In this document: positions 42,399 to 52,435 of the stretch, one piece after another
Position numbering within the stretch: the stretch's first letter is position 1
How the letters are laid out: every line of letters starts with the position of its first letter
Assembly (NCBI GenBank): GCA_965198115.1
Contig: OZ240241.1
Span: 3,872,001 to 3,936,000, forward strand
Reading direction: 5' to 3'
From: Candidatus Latescibacterota bacterium
GTDB taxonomy: Bacteria; Latescibacterota; UBA2968
DNA length: 64,000 nt
The notes under the pieces: generated by a model
The model's database searches: none
Told to the model about the DNA's origin: nothing
Seen by the model: only the letters and a program-made list of their open reading frames with translations
Made by a program: the position numbers and the translations under genes

Positions 42399-43148
42399 AT
42401 GGCCCGCGCTTACGCCCTGATCGGCGATCGTTATCACAACTCGCACTACATCCGGACGGCGCTCAAACGAACACTGGTCCAAGGCGTCGGGCTGACGATC
42501 GACTTTACGGACGACTACGAGGCGCTTGGCTCGGAAGCCCTCGATGGGTATGACTTGCTCATCATTTTCCGTGACGGGATGATCTGGCCAACCGGCTATG
42601 GGGAAACCGAGTTCTTCTCTCGAACCGGAGCGCTTCCTCTGACCAGCGATCCTCCGGTGCCCGAGGAAGAGGCATCGTCACGGCCCTGGATGACTGACGA
42701 ACAGGGTGCCGCGATCAAGACGTTCGTCGAGTCCGGTGGGGCGGCGCTGCTCTGTCACAACGTGACGTACATCGCGACGGACAACGCAGACTTCCGATCC
42801 GTCCTGGGCGCCGCGACTGAGGGACATCCGCCGGTCAGACCGTATCGCGTGGAGATTACGAACAAAGATCATCCCATCACGCGAGGTGCGAGCGATTTCG
42901 TGGTGACCGATGAGCAGCATTTCATGACGTATGACGGCGATCCTGACAATGTGCTGATGCGCAGCGTGAACGACGACGGCGAGGCGTTCAAGGACTTAGG
43001 TACGACGTGCGAAGCCGGATGGGCGTTCGACTATGGGAAAGGGCGGGTGTGTTACCTTGCGCCGGGTCACCTGATTCCGGTGCTGTGGAACCCGGAATTC
43101 GTGAAGATTCAGCAGAACGCGGTGCGCTGGCTTCTCCGTGAAATCTAA
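42399..43148 (+). CDS. ThuA-like (class I GATase-fold) protein
   Basis: GDRYH, FVESGG, HPITRG..DF...DEQH and YGKGRVCYLAPGH motifs. Confidence 0.85.
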   Translation: MARAYALIGDRYHNSHYIRTALKRTLVQGVGLTIDFTDDYEALGSEALDGYDLLIIFRDGMIWPTGYGETEFFSRTGALPLTSDPPVPEEEASSRPWMTDEQGAAIKTFVESGGAALLCHNVTYIATDNADFRSVLGAATEGHPPVRPYRVEITNKDHPITRGASDFVVTDEQHFMTYDGDPDNVLMRSVNDDGEAFKDLGTTCEAGWAFDYGKGRVCYLAPGHLIPVLWNPEFVKIQQNAVRWLLREI

Positions 43149-43272
43149 TTGCGTTTAGGCCTAGTCGAAGAAAACATAGCAGGGTCACTTCGAGCGGAGT
43201 CGAGAAGTCCCTCATAGACAGAATTCCAAACGGCTTGATCATTTGTACCACCTAGGTGAGTAGGAGAGTCCT

Positions 43273-44421
43273 TTGAAAATCACTGACATCAAGCCATATC
43301 CCGTGTGGGTGGGCCATCGCAACCAGACGATCGTGAAGATCGAGACGGACGAGGGGATCTACGGACTCGGGGAACCGGGCCTGTCGAGCCGAGAGCTGGC
43401 CGTTGTCGGCGCAATTAAACATTTCCGGGAGTTCCTCGTCGGACGCGATCCGAGGAATCCCGGTGCTTTATGGCAGGAAATGTATCGCAGCCAGTACTTC
43501 GAGGGCGGGCGCGTCCTGACAGCCGCGATTTCGGCGATCGACATCGCGCTTCACGACATCACGGCGAAGTCGCTCGGCGTTCCCGTCTACCAGCTGCTCG
43601 GGGGAAAGCATCGGGACGCCGTTCCGTGTTTCGCCACGTGCGAAATGCCGAGCACCGAGGCGCTGATCGAGAACGTGCGTCTGCTTTTGGACTCGGGCTG
43701 GAACGTGATTCGGTCGAACTGGGCGCACACACACGAAGGGGACATCTTCGAGCCGCGAGAGTCGCTCGCGCTGACGGCCGAGCGGCTTACCGCCCTGCGC
43801 GCGGAAGTGGGATCGGGGCCCGTCCTGGGCATCGATTATCACCACCGCCTATCGGTAGCGGAGGCGGCGTCCTTCTGCCAGCGCATGCCGCCGGGTACGT
43901 TGGATTTCCTCGAAGAGCCGATTCGGGACGAAACACCGGAGGCGTACGAGTCTCTGCGGACGATGACGGACATTCCGTTCGCGATCGGAGAGGAGTTCGC
44001 CAGCAAGTGGCAGTTCGCCCCCTATCTCGAGCGGGGTATCACGAACTTTGCCCGCCTGGACCTCTGCAACGTCGGCGGCTTCACTGAGTCGATGAAGGTC
44101 GCAGCCATGGCGGAGACGCATTACATCGATCTGATGCCTCATAACCCGCTCGGACCGATCTGCACTGCGGCAACGGTCCACCTGGCGGCGGCCGTTCCGA
44201 ACTTCGCCTGGTTGGAGCACCGCGTGTCGCCGACGGAAAAGCGCGACTTGAACTTCGACCTGTATCCTCAGCAGCTTCAGGCGGAGGGAGACCGGATACG
44301 CGTCCCGGATACGCCGGGTCTCGGCGTCGACTTCAACGAGGAGCTGGCCAAAGAGAAGCCGTTCCAATTCTGGGAGGCGCCGCACCTGAGGCGCACGGAC
44401 GGTTCCCGCACGAACTGGTAG
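43273..44421 (+). CDS. Mandelate racemase/galactonate dehydratase-like enzyme
   Basis: SAIDIALHDI, DYHHR, LEEP, IGEE and PHNPLGP motifs. Confidence 0.93.
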   Translation: MKITDIKPYPVWVGHRNQTIVKIETDEGIYGLGEPGLSSRELAVVGAIKHFREFLVGRDPRNPGALWQEMYRSQYFEGGRVLTAAISAIDIALHDITAKSLGVPVYQLLGGKHRDAVPCFATCEMPSTEALIENVRLLLDSGWNVIRSNWAHTHEGDIFEPRESLALTAERLTALRAEVGSGPVLGIDYHHRLSVAEAASFCQRMPPGTLDFLEEPIRDETPEAYESLRTMTDIPFAIGEEFASKWQFAPYLERGITNFARLDLCNVGGFTESMKVAAMAETHYIDLMPHNPLGPICTAATVHLAAAVPNFAWLEHRVSPTEKRDLNFDLYPQQLQAEGDRIRVPDTPGLGVDFNEELAKEKPFQFWEAPHLRRTDGSRTNW

Positions 44422-44428
44422 GGATGAC

Positions 44429-45196
44429 ATGCTGACAGTGGAACAGAAGCAGCACTTCGTGACGGAAGGCTATGTTCAGGTTCCGGGAGCGATTCCCGCG
44501 GAGATGATCGAGACGGCGCGTCGGGCCGTGAACCACTCGATCGGGACCGTGGGGTTAGGCGGAGAGAATCCCGACGGACATCGATCCGCGTTCTTCTGTG
44601 CCGAGCTGCTGGATGCGCCCGTCATCACGGACCTATACAACCGATCGCCGGTGATGCAGATCGCCGAGTCGCTGATGGGGGAGGGCAACGTTCAGCCCGT
44701 CGAGCGTGCGAAGCCGTATCCACGTTTCCCGCTGCCCCTCGGGGAGGAACCGGAGGAGTTTCGCGGACACCTAGATGGCATCGGCAACGGGTCGAACGGA
44801 ACGGCGAAGGGCGATTACAAGCGGGGCTTCACGGCCTTCGCGGTCATCTATCTGGCCGACGTCCCGAAACCGAACAGCGGGAACTTCACGGTTTGCCCGA
44901 GGTCGCACACGTTCTTTGCCGAGTACTTTCGGCGTGAAGGGCACGAGGTATTGAAAAACGGAATGCCGCGCCCCGAGCTGCCAGAATCACCTGTCATGAT
45001 CACGGGTAAGGCGGGGGACCTGGTGATCGCTCATCACCAGGTCGTACACGGGGCGTGTGCAAATGTTTCGGGGGATGTGCGCCTGGCGGTCATTACGCGG
45101 CTTCGCCACATCGACGTGGAGGCGGTTGGCAAGGACGCCTACGTCGACATCTGGCGAGAGTGGCCGGGTGTCCGCGATCTGTTGGAGGCGTCGTAA
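44429..45196 (+). CDS. PhyH-family Fe(II)/2OG dioxygenase
   Basis: FVTEGYV, GHLDG, GNFTVCPRSH and AGDLVIAHHQVVHG motifs. Confidence 0.88.
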   Translation: MLTVEQKQHFVTEGYVQVPGAIPAEMIETARRAVNHSIGTVGLGGENPDGHRSAFFCAELLDAPVITDLYNRSPVMQIAESLMGEGNVQPVERAKPYPRFPLPLGEEPEEFRGHLDGIGNGSNGTAKGDYKRGFTAFAVIYLADVPKPNSGNFTVCPRSHTFFAEYFRREGHEVLKNGMPRPELPESPVMITGKAGDLVIAHHQVVHGACANVSGDVRLAVITRLRHIDVEAVGKDAYVDIWREWPGVRDLLEAS

Positions 45197-45200
45197 AGGG

Positions 45201-46139
45201 ATGGGGCTTCCGACCCGCCGCCTCGGTCGTACGGGGATGACGCCGGCCTGCCTGGGCCTCGGCGGGGCCTGGTGGGGTTCATCGACCGAAGAAGAGACGA
45301 TCGCAGGGATCGACAAGGCCCTCGACCTGGGTATCAACTTCTTTGACACGTACCCAGGGCAGAACGAAGACCGCTGGGGAAAGGCACTGTCGGGTGGACG
45401 ACGGGAGCAGGTCTACCTTCAGGGCAAGGTGAGCAGTCACGTTCGCAACGAGATGACGTCCGACCACACGGCGGGCGCAACGCGGAGGAGCATCGAGAAC
45501 AGCTTACGCTGTTTCGGGACCGACTATCTGGACTCGGTCCTTATCCACGGCTATGACGAGCCCGATATATTTCTCAAGGACGAGACGGACTTCGTCGATC
45601 CGCTCGCACCGGGTTGTGCGCTGGACGAGTTGATCAAGCTGCGCGATGAGGGCAAGATCAGACACATCGGTATCGGGGCGCGTAGCGCCGAGGTGATCAA
45701 GCGCGCAATCGACACCGGTGAGATCGAGCTCGTCCTGACCTATCTGGAGTACAACCTGCTCACACAAGCGGCTGCGAACGACTTCTTCCCACAGTGTCGG
45801 GAAAAGGATGTCGGTGTCATACTCGCCAGTCCGCTGGGGATGGGACTGCTGACGGGCCGACCCGTCGACGAAGGTGACGAGCTTCGTAAGATCCGCGATG
45901 CGGAGGAGCCGAGAGCTGGGACGATGCTGGCGTGGTGCGTAGAGCGCGATCTGGACATTCGCCATCTTGCGATTCGGTACTGTCTGAATGCAGACGTCGA
46001 GAGCATCGTGCTGCCCGGTCAGGCGAGTGCCGAGGAAGTCACTGGGACCTACGAGGCTGCGACCGCAGACATTCCGCGGCCGGTGTGGCAGGAATTCGGG
46101 GAGTTGTTCGACGTAGATATTGCCGGGCTGGGCGAGTAA
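45201..46139 (+). CDS. Aldo/keto reductase
   Basis: ATG 45201 gives MGLPTRRLGRTG; GINFFDTY, DYLDSVLIH and ASPLGMGLL motifs. Confidence 0.9.
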   Translation: MGLPTRRLGRTGMTPACLGLGGAWWGSSTEEETIAGIDKALDLGINFFDTYPGQNEDRWGKALSGGRREQVYLQGKVSSHVRNEMTSDHTAGATRRSIENSLRCFGTDYLDSVLIHGYDEPDIFLKDETDFVDPLAPGCALDELIKLRDEGKIRHIGIGARSAEVIKRAIDTGEIELVLTYLEYNLLTQAAANDFFPQCREKDVGVILASPLGMGLLTGRPVDEGDELRKIRDAEEPRAGTMLAWCVERDLDIRHLAIRYCLNADVESIVLPGQASAEEVTGTYEAATADIPRPVWQEFGELFDVDIAGLGE

Positions 46140-46170
46140 CTGTCGAACTTTTTGACGAAAATCGAAGGAG

Positions 46171-47043
46171 ATGGCTACCGTGGATGCGAAAGAACGCTAC
46201 TATTGGGATCTGACTGGATACCTGATCGTACCCCAGGTCTTGTCCAAGGATGAGGTGTCCGAAATCAACAGGACCCTTGATTACGTGATCACGTCGGGCG
46301 CGGTCAAGGAGGAGGAGAGTGGGGCTAGAGATTCGACCTTCCTGAAGGGTGCGAACAACCGATGGATGCAAGACCTCAACCTGTTCGACTTGCCAGGGTC
46401 CTACTCCAATCCGATCCGACAGCTTCTTGCACATCCGCAGGTGGTCCACAGACTCAAGACGATGTGCGGGTCGGGATTCAGGCTCGATCACGGGCCCCAG
46501 TTCAACAATGCGGTCAAAGGGTCTCAGGGTCTGATCCTGCACGGAGCAGGCGCTCCGCACGGCGAGCACGTTGCCTACCATCACCAGGCGGGGGAGATGT
46601 ACTGCGGCGGCGTGACGGTGACGTGGAATCTGAACGATTGTCCGGCTGGAGGGGGCGGTTTCGCTGCTGCCCCCGGATCGCACAAGTCGGATTTCCCGTT
46701 GCCCAAAGGCGTTCGGAACTGCGATGACGATGGGGGGGCGGTTGTCCAGCCTGAGATACGTGCTGGAGACTGCTTCTTTTTCATGGATGGGGCTCAGACG
46801 CACGGCACGCACCCGTGGCGCAACGATCACGACCGGCGATCGATCCTATTCAAGTACGCTTCGCGTACGTCCATACGAAGTGGTCGAAACTTCATCGATC
46901 CGAAAAACTATTGGGGGGGCACGACCGTTGAAGGAATGACGCCGGCTGAGAAAGCGGTCATGTACGGACCTGCTTCGGGAGTCAACAGGCGACCGATGAC
47001 ACTGGATGTTCGAGAAGACGGCAAAGTGTCAACGGACCTATAG
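46171..47043 (+). CDS. PhyH-family Fe(II)/2OG enzyme with HGA iron motif
   Basis: WDLTGYLIV, FRLDHG, LHGAG, PGSHKS and FFMDGAQTHG motifs. Confidence 0.88.
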   Translation: MATVDAKERYYWDLTGYLIVPQVLSKDEVSEINRTLDYVITSGAVKEEESGARDSTFLKGANNRWMQDLNLFDLPGSYSNPIRQLLAHPQVVHRLKTMCGSGFRLDHGPQFNNAVKGSQGLILHGAGAPHGEHVAYHHQAGEMYCGGVTVTWNLNDCPAGGGGFAAAPGSHKSDFPLPKGVRNCDDDGGAVVQPEIRAGDCFFFMDGAQTHGTHPWRNDHDRRSILFKYASRTSIRSGRNFIDPKNYWGGTTVEGMTPAEKAVMYGPASGVNRRPMTLDVREDGKVSTDL

Positions 47044-47055
47044 ACTGGGAGATGC

Positions 47056-47379
47056 GTGGATTCGAAGGAGCGTTACTTCTGGGACCTGACGGGTTTTCTG
47101 ATCGTGCGAAAATGATGGTGGGGCTGGATCATCGACCTTCCTTAAAGGTGAGCGGAACCGGTGGGCCCACGGTGTCAACTTGCTGGATCTGCCAGGCGAC
47201 CACTCGGTTCCGATTCGCACGCTGCTAATTTCAGGGCCGATCTGAACCTCAATCTGATCGTAGAGGAGGACGGCCGCGTCGTGACCGAAGCAGGCGAGGG
47301 ATCCGTCCCACCGGTGCCGCTCGATCCCCAGGAAGGTCGAACCGTTCGTCGAAGTCCAACCGTTGGAAAGAAATCGTGA
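47056..47379 (+). pseudogene. Tandem paralogue of 46171 with two large internal deletions
   Basis: MDSKERYFWDLTGFLIVR / SSTFLKGERNRW..NLLDLPG..S.PIRTLL / LIVEEDGRV blocks match 46171-47043. Confidence 0.82.
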
Positions 47380-48392
47380 GCACGCGACCCAAGGTTCTGC
47401 TGAATACGTATGGCCGGAAGATCGATCACATCTTTCACCCGGACGATTTCGCGCGACTCGAGGCGATAGCCGATCTCGTTTGGGCAAAGGATGAAGAGGC
47501 GCCTGCCGAGGTCATCGAAGAGGTGCGCGAAGATCTGTTCGCGATGATCACCGGCGGATGGACGTATGGAGACGTCGGGCGCTTCCCAAACCTGAAGGCG
47601 ATTCTGACGTCGAGGGGCCAGTTCCCGACACCGAGCGAGCTGGATTACGCCGCGTGCTTTACCCGCGGCGTTCGCGTATTGTGTTGTGCCTCGGCTTACG
47701 GGCCCGTTGTGGCGGAAATGGCATTGGGACTCGCCTTGTGTGTGGCAAGACGCATCGCCTGGAACGACGCAGACTTCCGCGAAGGAAAGGGCCACTGGAG
47801 TCACCGGGAATCCAAGGGCGAATATTCGATCTTCGGCCTTCAGGCGGGACTGATCGGTTTCGGTTCCCTCGGTCGGGGCCTCAAGCCGCTCCTCGAAGCG
47901 TTCGGCTGTCGGATCCAGGTCTACGATCCGTGGATGACGGACGCGTATCTCGAGTCCCAGGGCGTCACGCCTATCGATATTGACACGCTCCTGTCCACCT
48001 CTCGTCTGATCTTCGTGTTGGCCACACCGAGCTCATCCAACCGTGCGTTCCTGGATCGAGAGAAGCTGGAGAGAATCCTGCCAGGCTCGGCCTTCATTCT
48101 GGTCAGCCGCTCGCACGTCCTCGATTTCGACGCTCTGACGGAGTTCGTCAGCGAGGGACGATTCTCGGCGGGCATCGATGTGTATCCTGAGGAGCCCGTT
48201 CCCAAGGATCACCCGATTCGCCGTGCGCCGAACGTGGTCTTCACGCCGCACCGTGCCGGGGGGAATCCGGAAGTCTACTGGCACCTCGGTCGGATGGTCG
48301 CCAACGATCTCGAGGCCCTGGTTCAGGGTCTGCCGCCGCGCGAACTGCAGCCGGCCGATCCGGCCTACCTCGAGCTGAAGGGCGAGCCCTGA
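47376..48392 (+). CDS. D-isomer-specific 2-hydroxyacid dehydrogenase
   Basis: VAEMALGL, GLIGFGSLG, VSRS, IDVYPEEP and TPHRAG motifs. Confidence 0.92.
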   Translation: MSTRPKVLLNTYGRKIDHIFHPDDFARLEAIADLVWAKDEEAPAEVIEEVREDLFAMITGGWTYGDVGRFPNLKAILTSRGQFPTPSELDYAACFTRGVRVLCCASAYGPVVAEMALGLALCVARRIAWNDADFREGKGHWSHRESKGEYSIFGLQAGLIGFGSLGRGLKPLLEAFGCRIQVYDPWMTDAYLESQGVTPIDIDTLLSTSRLIFVLATPSSSNRAFLDREKLERILPGSAFILVSRSHVLDFDALTEFVSEGRFSAGIDVYPEEPVPKDHPIRRAPNVVFTPHRAGGNPEVYWHLGRMVANDLEALVQGLPPRELQPADPAYLELKGEP

Positions 48393-48394
48393 TC

Positions 48395-49380
48395 ATGTCA
48401 CGCAGGATCCTGCTCAACCCTTATGCAAGAACTATTGAGCTTCTCTTCAGGCCGGAGGACTTCGATCGTCTCCGGTCGGCCGCAGATCTGGTCTGGGCAA
48501 AGAACGAAAAGAGTCGGCGAGAGAGGATCTCTTCGGGATCGTGACGGGGCGTTGGTCCTACGGGGACGTGAACCGCTTTCCGAATCTGAAGGTGATCGCA
48601 GAAACGAGCGGCGGATTCCCCTCGCCGGAGGTACTCGATTACGCCGCCTGTTTCTCGCGGGGAATCCGGGTGTTGAGCTGCGCCCCCGCCTTCGGTCCTA
48701 CAGTGGCCGAGATGGGGCTTGGCCTCGCCCTCGCGGTCTCGAGACAGATCGTATGGTATGATGCGTCCATTAAGCGGGGTGAATGGCACCTTCCGGATAC
48801 GAGGCACGAGCGCTCGATCTACGGACTGCAAGCCGGGTTCATTGGCTTCGGGAGCCTGGCACGTTGCCTGAAGCTGTTGCTCGAACCGTTCGGCTGCCCG
48901 ATCCAGGCCAACGATCCCTGGATGACCGACGCGTATCTCGAGAGCCAGGGTGTGACGCCCGTCGATCTCGAAACACTTCTCTCGACGTCGAAGCTCATCT
49001 TCGTTCTTGCAACTCCTACTGGTTCGAATCGGGAACAGATCGGGCGTGAGCTACTCGAAAAGATCCGATCCGATGCGATCTTCCTTCTGCTCAGCCGGTC
49101 GCACGTCGTCGATTTCGACGCGCTTACGGACCTGCTGCTCGAAGGTCGGTTCCGCGCAGGCATCGACGTCTATCCGAAAGAGCCACTGCCTTTGGATCAT
49201 CCGATCCGAAACGCTCCGAACGTCGTTTTTTCCACCCACCGAGCAGGCGCCATTCAGGAAGCGTTTCACGATATCGGCCGCATCGTCACGAACGATATCG
49301 TGGCCGTGGTGAATGGGTTGCTCCCTCGGGAGATGCAGGTCGCGGATCCGGCGTATATCGATCTGAGAGGTGTGAGGTGA
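48395..49380 (+). CDS. D-2-hydroxyacid dehydrogenase paralogue; short deletion/frameshift near 48515
   Basis: MSRRILLNPY...ADLVWAK in one frame, continuing in ORF 48541-49380 (GFIGFGSLA, STHRAG). Confidence 0.83.
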
Positions 49381-49397
49381 GACACTGCAACACGCAC

Positions 49398-49454
49398 ACA
49401 CCGTCACACTGAGCAGAAGCCTGCCCCGAACGGATGTGAGGGGAAGTGTCGGTC
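49398..49454 (+). repeat. Hairpin repeat with a degenerate micro-element in its loop
   Basis: ACACCGTCACACTGAGC..GCCTGCCCCGAACGGATGTGAGGG..GAAGTGTCGGTC; compare 20632. Confidence 0.7.
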
Positions 49455-49507
49455 ATCGGGTGGTGAGGTCTAACATCGGTCTTCAGCCATCTGCATCGAA
49501 ACAACTC

Positions 49508-50542
49508 CTACTGCCCGTGGGCTAGTATCCGCTCTCTCACACTCTTCACCCATCCTTCCTCTTCGTCAGCATCCAGCTTCCCATCCCCATCCTGATCCCA
49601 CCGCTCCAGTACGCGTTTCCAACCATTGCTCGTGAGGAGGTTTCCTCGAGGCAGGATTCCGCGGTATCTGAGGACGCGCGTGGAGTTCGGTTGACCCTCG
49701 ATGGCCTCCCGCATCTCCCGACGACTCCACTCCGGGATGGGCACACCATCGTGTTCGAGCAACGTCTCGAACCAGAGTTGGGCCATGATTTCGATGCCGA
49801 TCGAGCCGGGATGCCGGCCGTCCAGGTCGAAGGCTTTTGGGAAGTGCACTCGTGTCGGCTCCCACACGTCGGGCCCTTCGTTGACGTTCGATGGATTTCG
49901 ATCCAGATAGGCCTCCAGGGCCAGGCGCTCGTGACCGATCTCCGGCTCCATTGGATGTTTGTAGATATGCATCGCGATGAAAACCTTGTCGGCTCCGTCG
50001 GTTAGGAGGTGATCAGCGTAGGATACGATGACGTCTGCACCGAACTGGATGCGCTCGGCATCGTCTGGACTGCGAATCCCCTCGGTTTGTTCCCCATATA
50101 CCCACTGTAAGGATTGCTGGGCCAAAACGACTGCGGGTCGCTCGCCCTTCGAGGCGAGGGCGGGCTGAATTCGCTCGATCCACGCATTCTTACGCTATCT
50201 GGACTCGATGTCCATCCACTTGGCGATGGGTGTACCGCCGCGGAGAGCCAGTTTGACCTCGAGCGGGTGGTTCTCACCCAAAAAGCGATCGAGTTTGCGT
50301 TTAAACAGATGCGGCCAATGATTGGATGTCGAATACCCGTTGACGACGATCAATCGGGGTTCGCCCGAGAAAATTCTGAGAGGTGTAACGGTCTCTGTAG
50401 CAGAGGTAGAAGCCGTTGCGAGCAGAAGCGGAATCAGTTTCCTCGGTAATGTCAGGAGTCTCCCGAATGAGACACAACAGGGTCTGCACACCGATGCCTT
50501 CTTGCCTTCCGTGCTCTTTGCGGATATCGTGTTTGGGACCAT
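49508..50542 (-). CDS. Hypothetical exported protein with C-terminal EF-hand-like motif (frameshift near 50200)
   Basis: ORFs 50195-50542 and 49508-50125 appear contiguous; DQDGDGKLDADE motif. The start is uncertain. Confidence 0.55.
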
Positions 50543-50613
50543 CGCAGCGCTCCCGAACGGCTTGTTGTGGATTGATCCACGTATAAGTAGATGGTTTTAC
50601 CTGGAGAAGCCTA

Positions 50614-51873
50614 ATGGCACGGGACGGAAAGCAAAACATCATTCTCATCCTGGCGGACGATCTGGGATACGAGTGTCTTGGATGCTATGGTGGGAAGTCG
50701 TATCAGACACCGAACCTCGACGGGATGGCGGAACACGGTGTGCGGTTCAACCACGCCTATTCGCTTCCGCTGTGTACGCCGACGCGGGTCGCTTTGATGA
50801 CAGGGAAGTATAACTTCCGGAATTGGAAGGCGTTCGGTGTGTTCGACCCGGAAGAGAAGACGTTCGGACACTACATGCAGGATGCGGGATACGCGACGTG
50901 CATAACCGGCAAGTGGCAGATGTGGAGCTACAATCCACCGGATTTCGAGCCCGAGTGGCGTGGCAAGGGGATGCTGGCAGAAGATGCGGGATTCGACGAG
51001 TACTTCTTCTGGCATACGGGACATACCGAAGACAAAGGATCACGCTACGCGGATCCTGTGATTCTGAACAATGGTGAATTCATGGAGGATACCGAGGGTC
51101 AGTATGGGCCCGACCTGTTCACGGGCTACCTCCTGGACTTTGCGTCGAGACACAAGGATGAGCCGTTCTTCATTTACTATCCTATGGCTCTCACTCACGG
51201 TCCGTTCACGCCGACACCCGACAGTGCGGGGTGGGCGGGAGACCGTCATAAGAACGATGTCGCCAACTTCGGTGATATGGTGGAGTACACGGATAAACTG
51301 ATCGGTTACATCCTCGAGGGGTTGGAGGAGCTCGGATTGAGCGAAGACACGATCGTCATGTTCATCGGTGATAATGGTTCACCGCGCGAAGTGACCTCGA
51401 TGCTGGGCGAAAGACCTTTCGGCGGCGGAAAAGGTGAGACGACGGACGCGGGTACGCGCGTGCCGTTCGTCAGCACCTGGGGGGATCGAGCTGCGGGAAC
51501 GGTGTGTGACGATCTGATCGATCTGACCGATTTCCTGCCGACGATGATGCAGGCGGCGCGGGTGAGTATGCCCGAAAGCGTAGTATGTGACGGGAGATCG
51601 TTCCTTCCTCAGCTGATCGGTGACGAGGGTGATCCGAGGGACTGGATCTACCAGTGGCACAACCCGCTCCCAGGTCAAGGGAAGACCCGTTACCGACTTC
51701 AGGAGTGGGCACAGGACCAACGGTGGAAGCTGTATGACGATGGTCGGCTCTACGATCTCGTCGCAGACGATCTGGAGGAGAGCCCGATCGAAAGACGGGC
51801 GAGTGAAGAGGCCGATGACGTGCGCGAGAAGCTCGAAATCGTCCTCGACCACTTTAAGCAGCAACAAAGTTAA
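50614..51873 (+). CDS. Arylsulfatase-like sulfatase
   Basis: NIILILADDLGY, CTPTR, GKWQ, GDNG and GTRVPF motifs. Confidence 0.93.
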   Translation: MARDGKQNIILILADDLGYECLGCYGGKSYQTPNLDGMAEHGVRFNHAYSLPLCTPTRVALMTGKYNFRNWKAFGVFDPEEKTFGHYMQDAGYATCITGKWQMWSYNPPDFEPEWRGKGMLAEDAGFDEYFFWHTGHTEDKGSRYADPVILNNGEFMEDTEGQYGPDLFTGYLLDFASRHKDEPFFIYYPMALTHGPFTPTPDSAGWAGDRHKNDVANFGDMVEYTDKLIGYILEGLEELGLSEDTIVMFIGDNGSPREVTSMLGERPFGGGKGETTDAGTRVPFVSTWGDRAAGTVCDDLIDLTDFLPTMMQAARVSMPESVVCDGRSFLPQLIGDEGDPRDWIYQWHNPLPGQGKTRYRLQEWAQDQRWKLYDDGRLYDLVADDLEESPIERRASEEADDVREKLEIVLDHFKQQQS

Positions 51874-51874
51874 T

Positions 51875-52435
51875 GTGGCGCTGTCGTTTTCACCGCTGAC
51901 GCCTGACCGCTGGCCGGATCTCGAGGCGCTGTTCGGGAAGAGCGGGGCGTATGGCGGTTGCTGGTGTATGTGGTGGCGGCTGAAGCGGAAAGAGTTCGAA
52001 TCAAACGGCTCCAGGGGAAACCGCAGCGCCTTCAAGCAGATCGTCGCCCAGGGAGAAGTGGCGGGGATTCTCGGATACGAAGACAGTGATCCGGTCGGTT
52101 GGTGTTCAGTCGCGCCCAGAGAACAGTTCGGTGCTTTGGAGCGGTCACCCGTGCTCAAGCGAATCGATGACGAGCCCGTGTGGTCGCTCGTCTGTCTGTA
52201 CGTGAAGAAGGAGCGGCGTGGCGGCGGTGTCGCGATGGAAATGATCGGTGGGGCGATCGACTATGTCCGCAAGCAGGGTGGGGGGATCGTCGAGGCCTAT
52301 CCGCATCGCGGGACTGGAGAGCTCGAAGCGGTATCCAGTTATATGGGGACCGTGGAGATGTTCACGAGGATGGGATTCGAGCAGGTGGCAGAGCCTTCGA
52401 AGGCGAAGGCCATTGTGAGGATGAACGTTTCATGA
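51875..52435 (+). CDS. GNAT-family acetyltransferase
   Basis: GCWCMWWR, PVGWCSVAP, RGGGVA and VEAYP motifs. Confidence 0.85.
   Translation: MALSFSPLTPDRWPDLEALFGKSGAYGGCWCMWWRLKRKEFESNGSRGNRSAFKQIVAQGEVAGILGYEDSDPVGWCSVAPREQFGALERSPVLKRIDDEPVWSLVCLYVKKERRGGGVAMEMIGGAIDYVRKQGGGIVEAYPHRGTGELEAVSSYMGTVEMFTRMGFEQVAEPSKAKAIVRMNVS

Noticed and set aside
17956-50542. Many single-base frameshifts as programmed recoding or proof of pseudogenes
   Set aside because: They are scattered, lack shared slippery motifs, and some fall in short homopolymers, which fits long-read indel errors. Reads are needed to decide.
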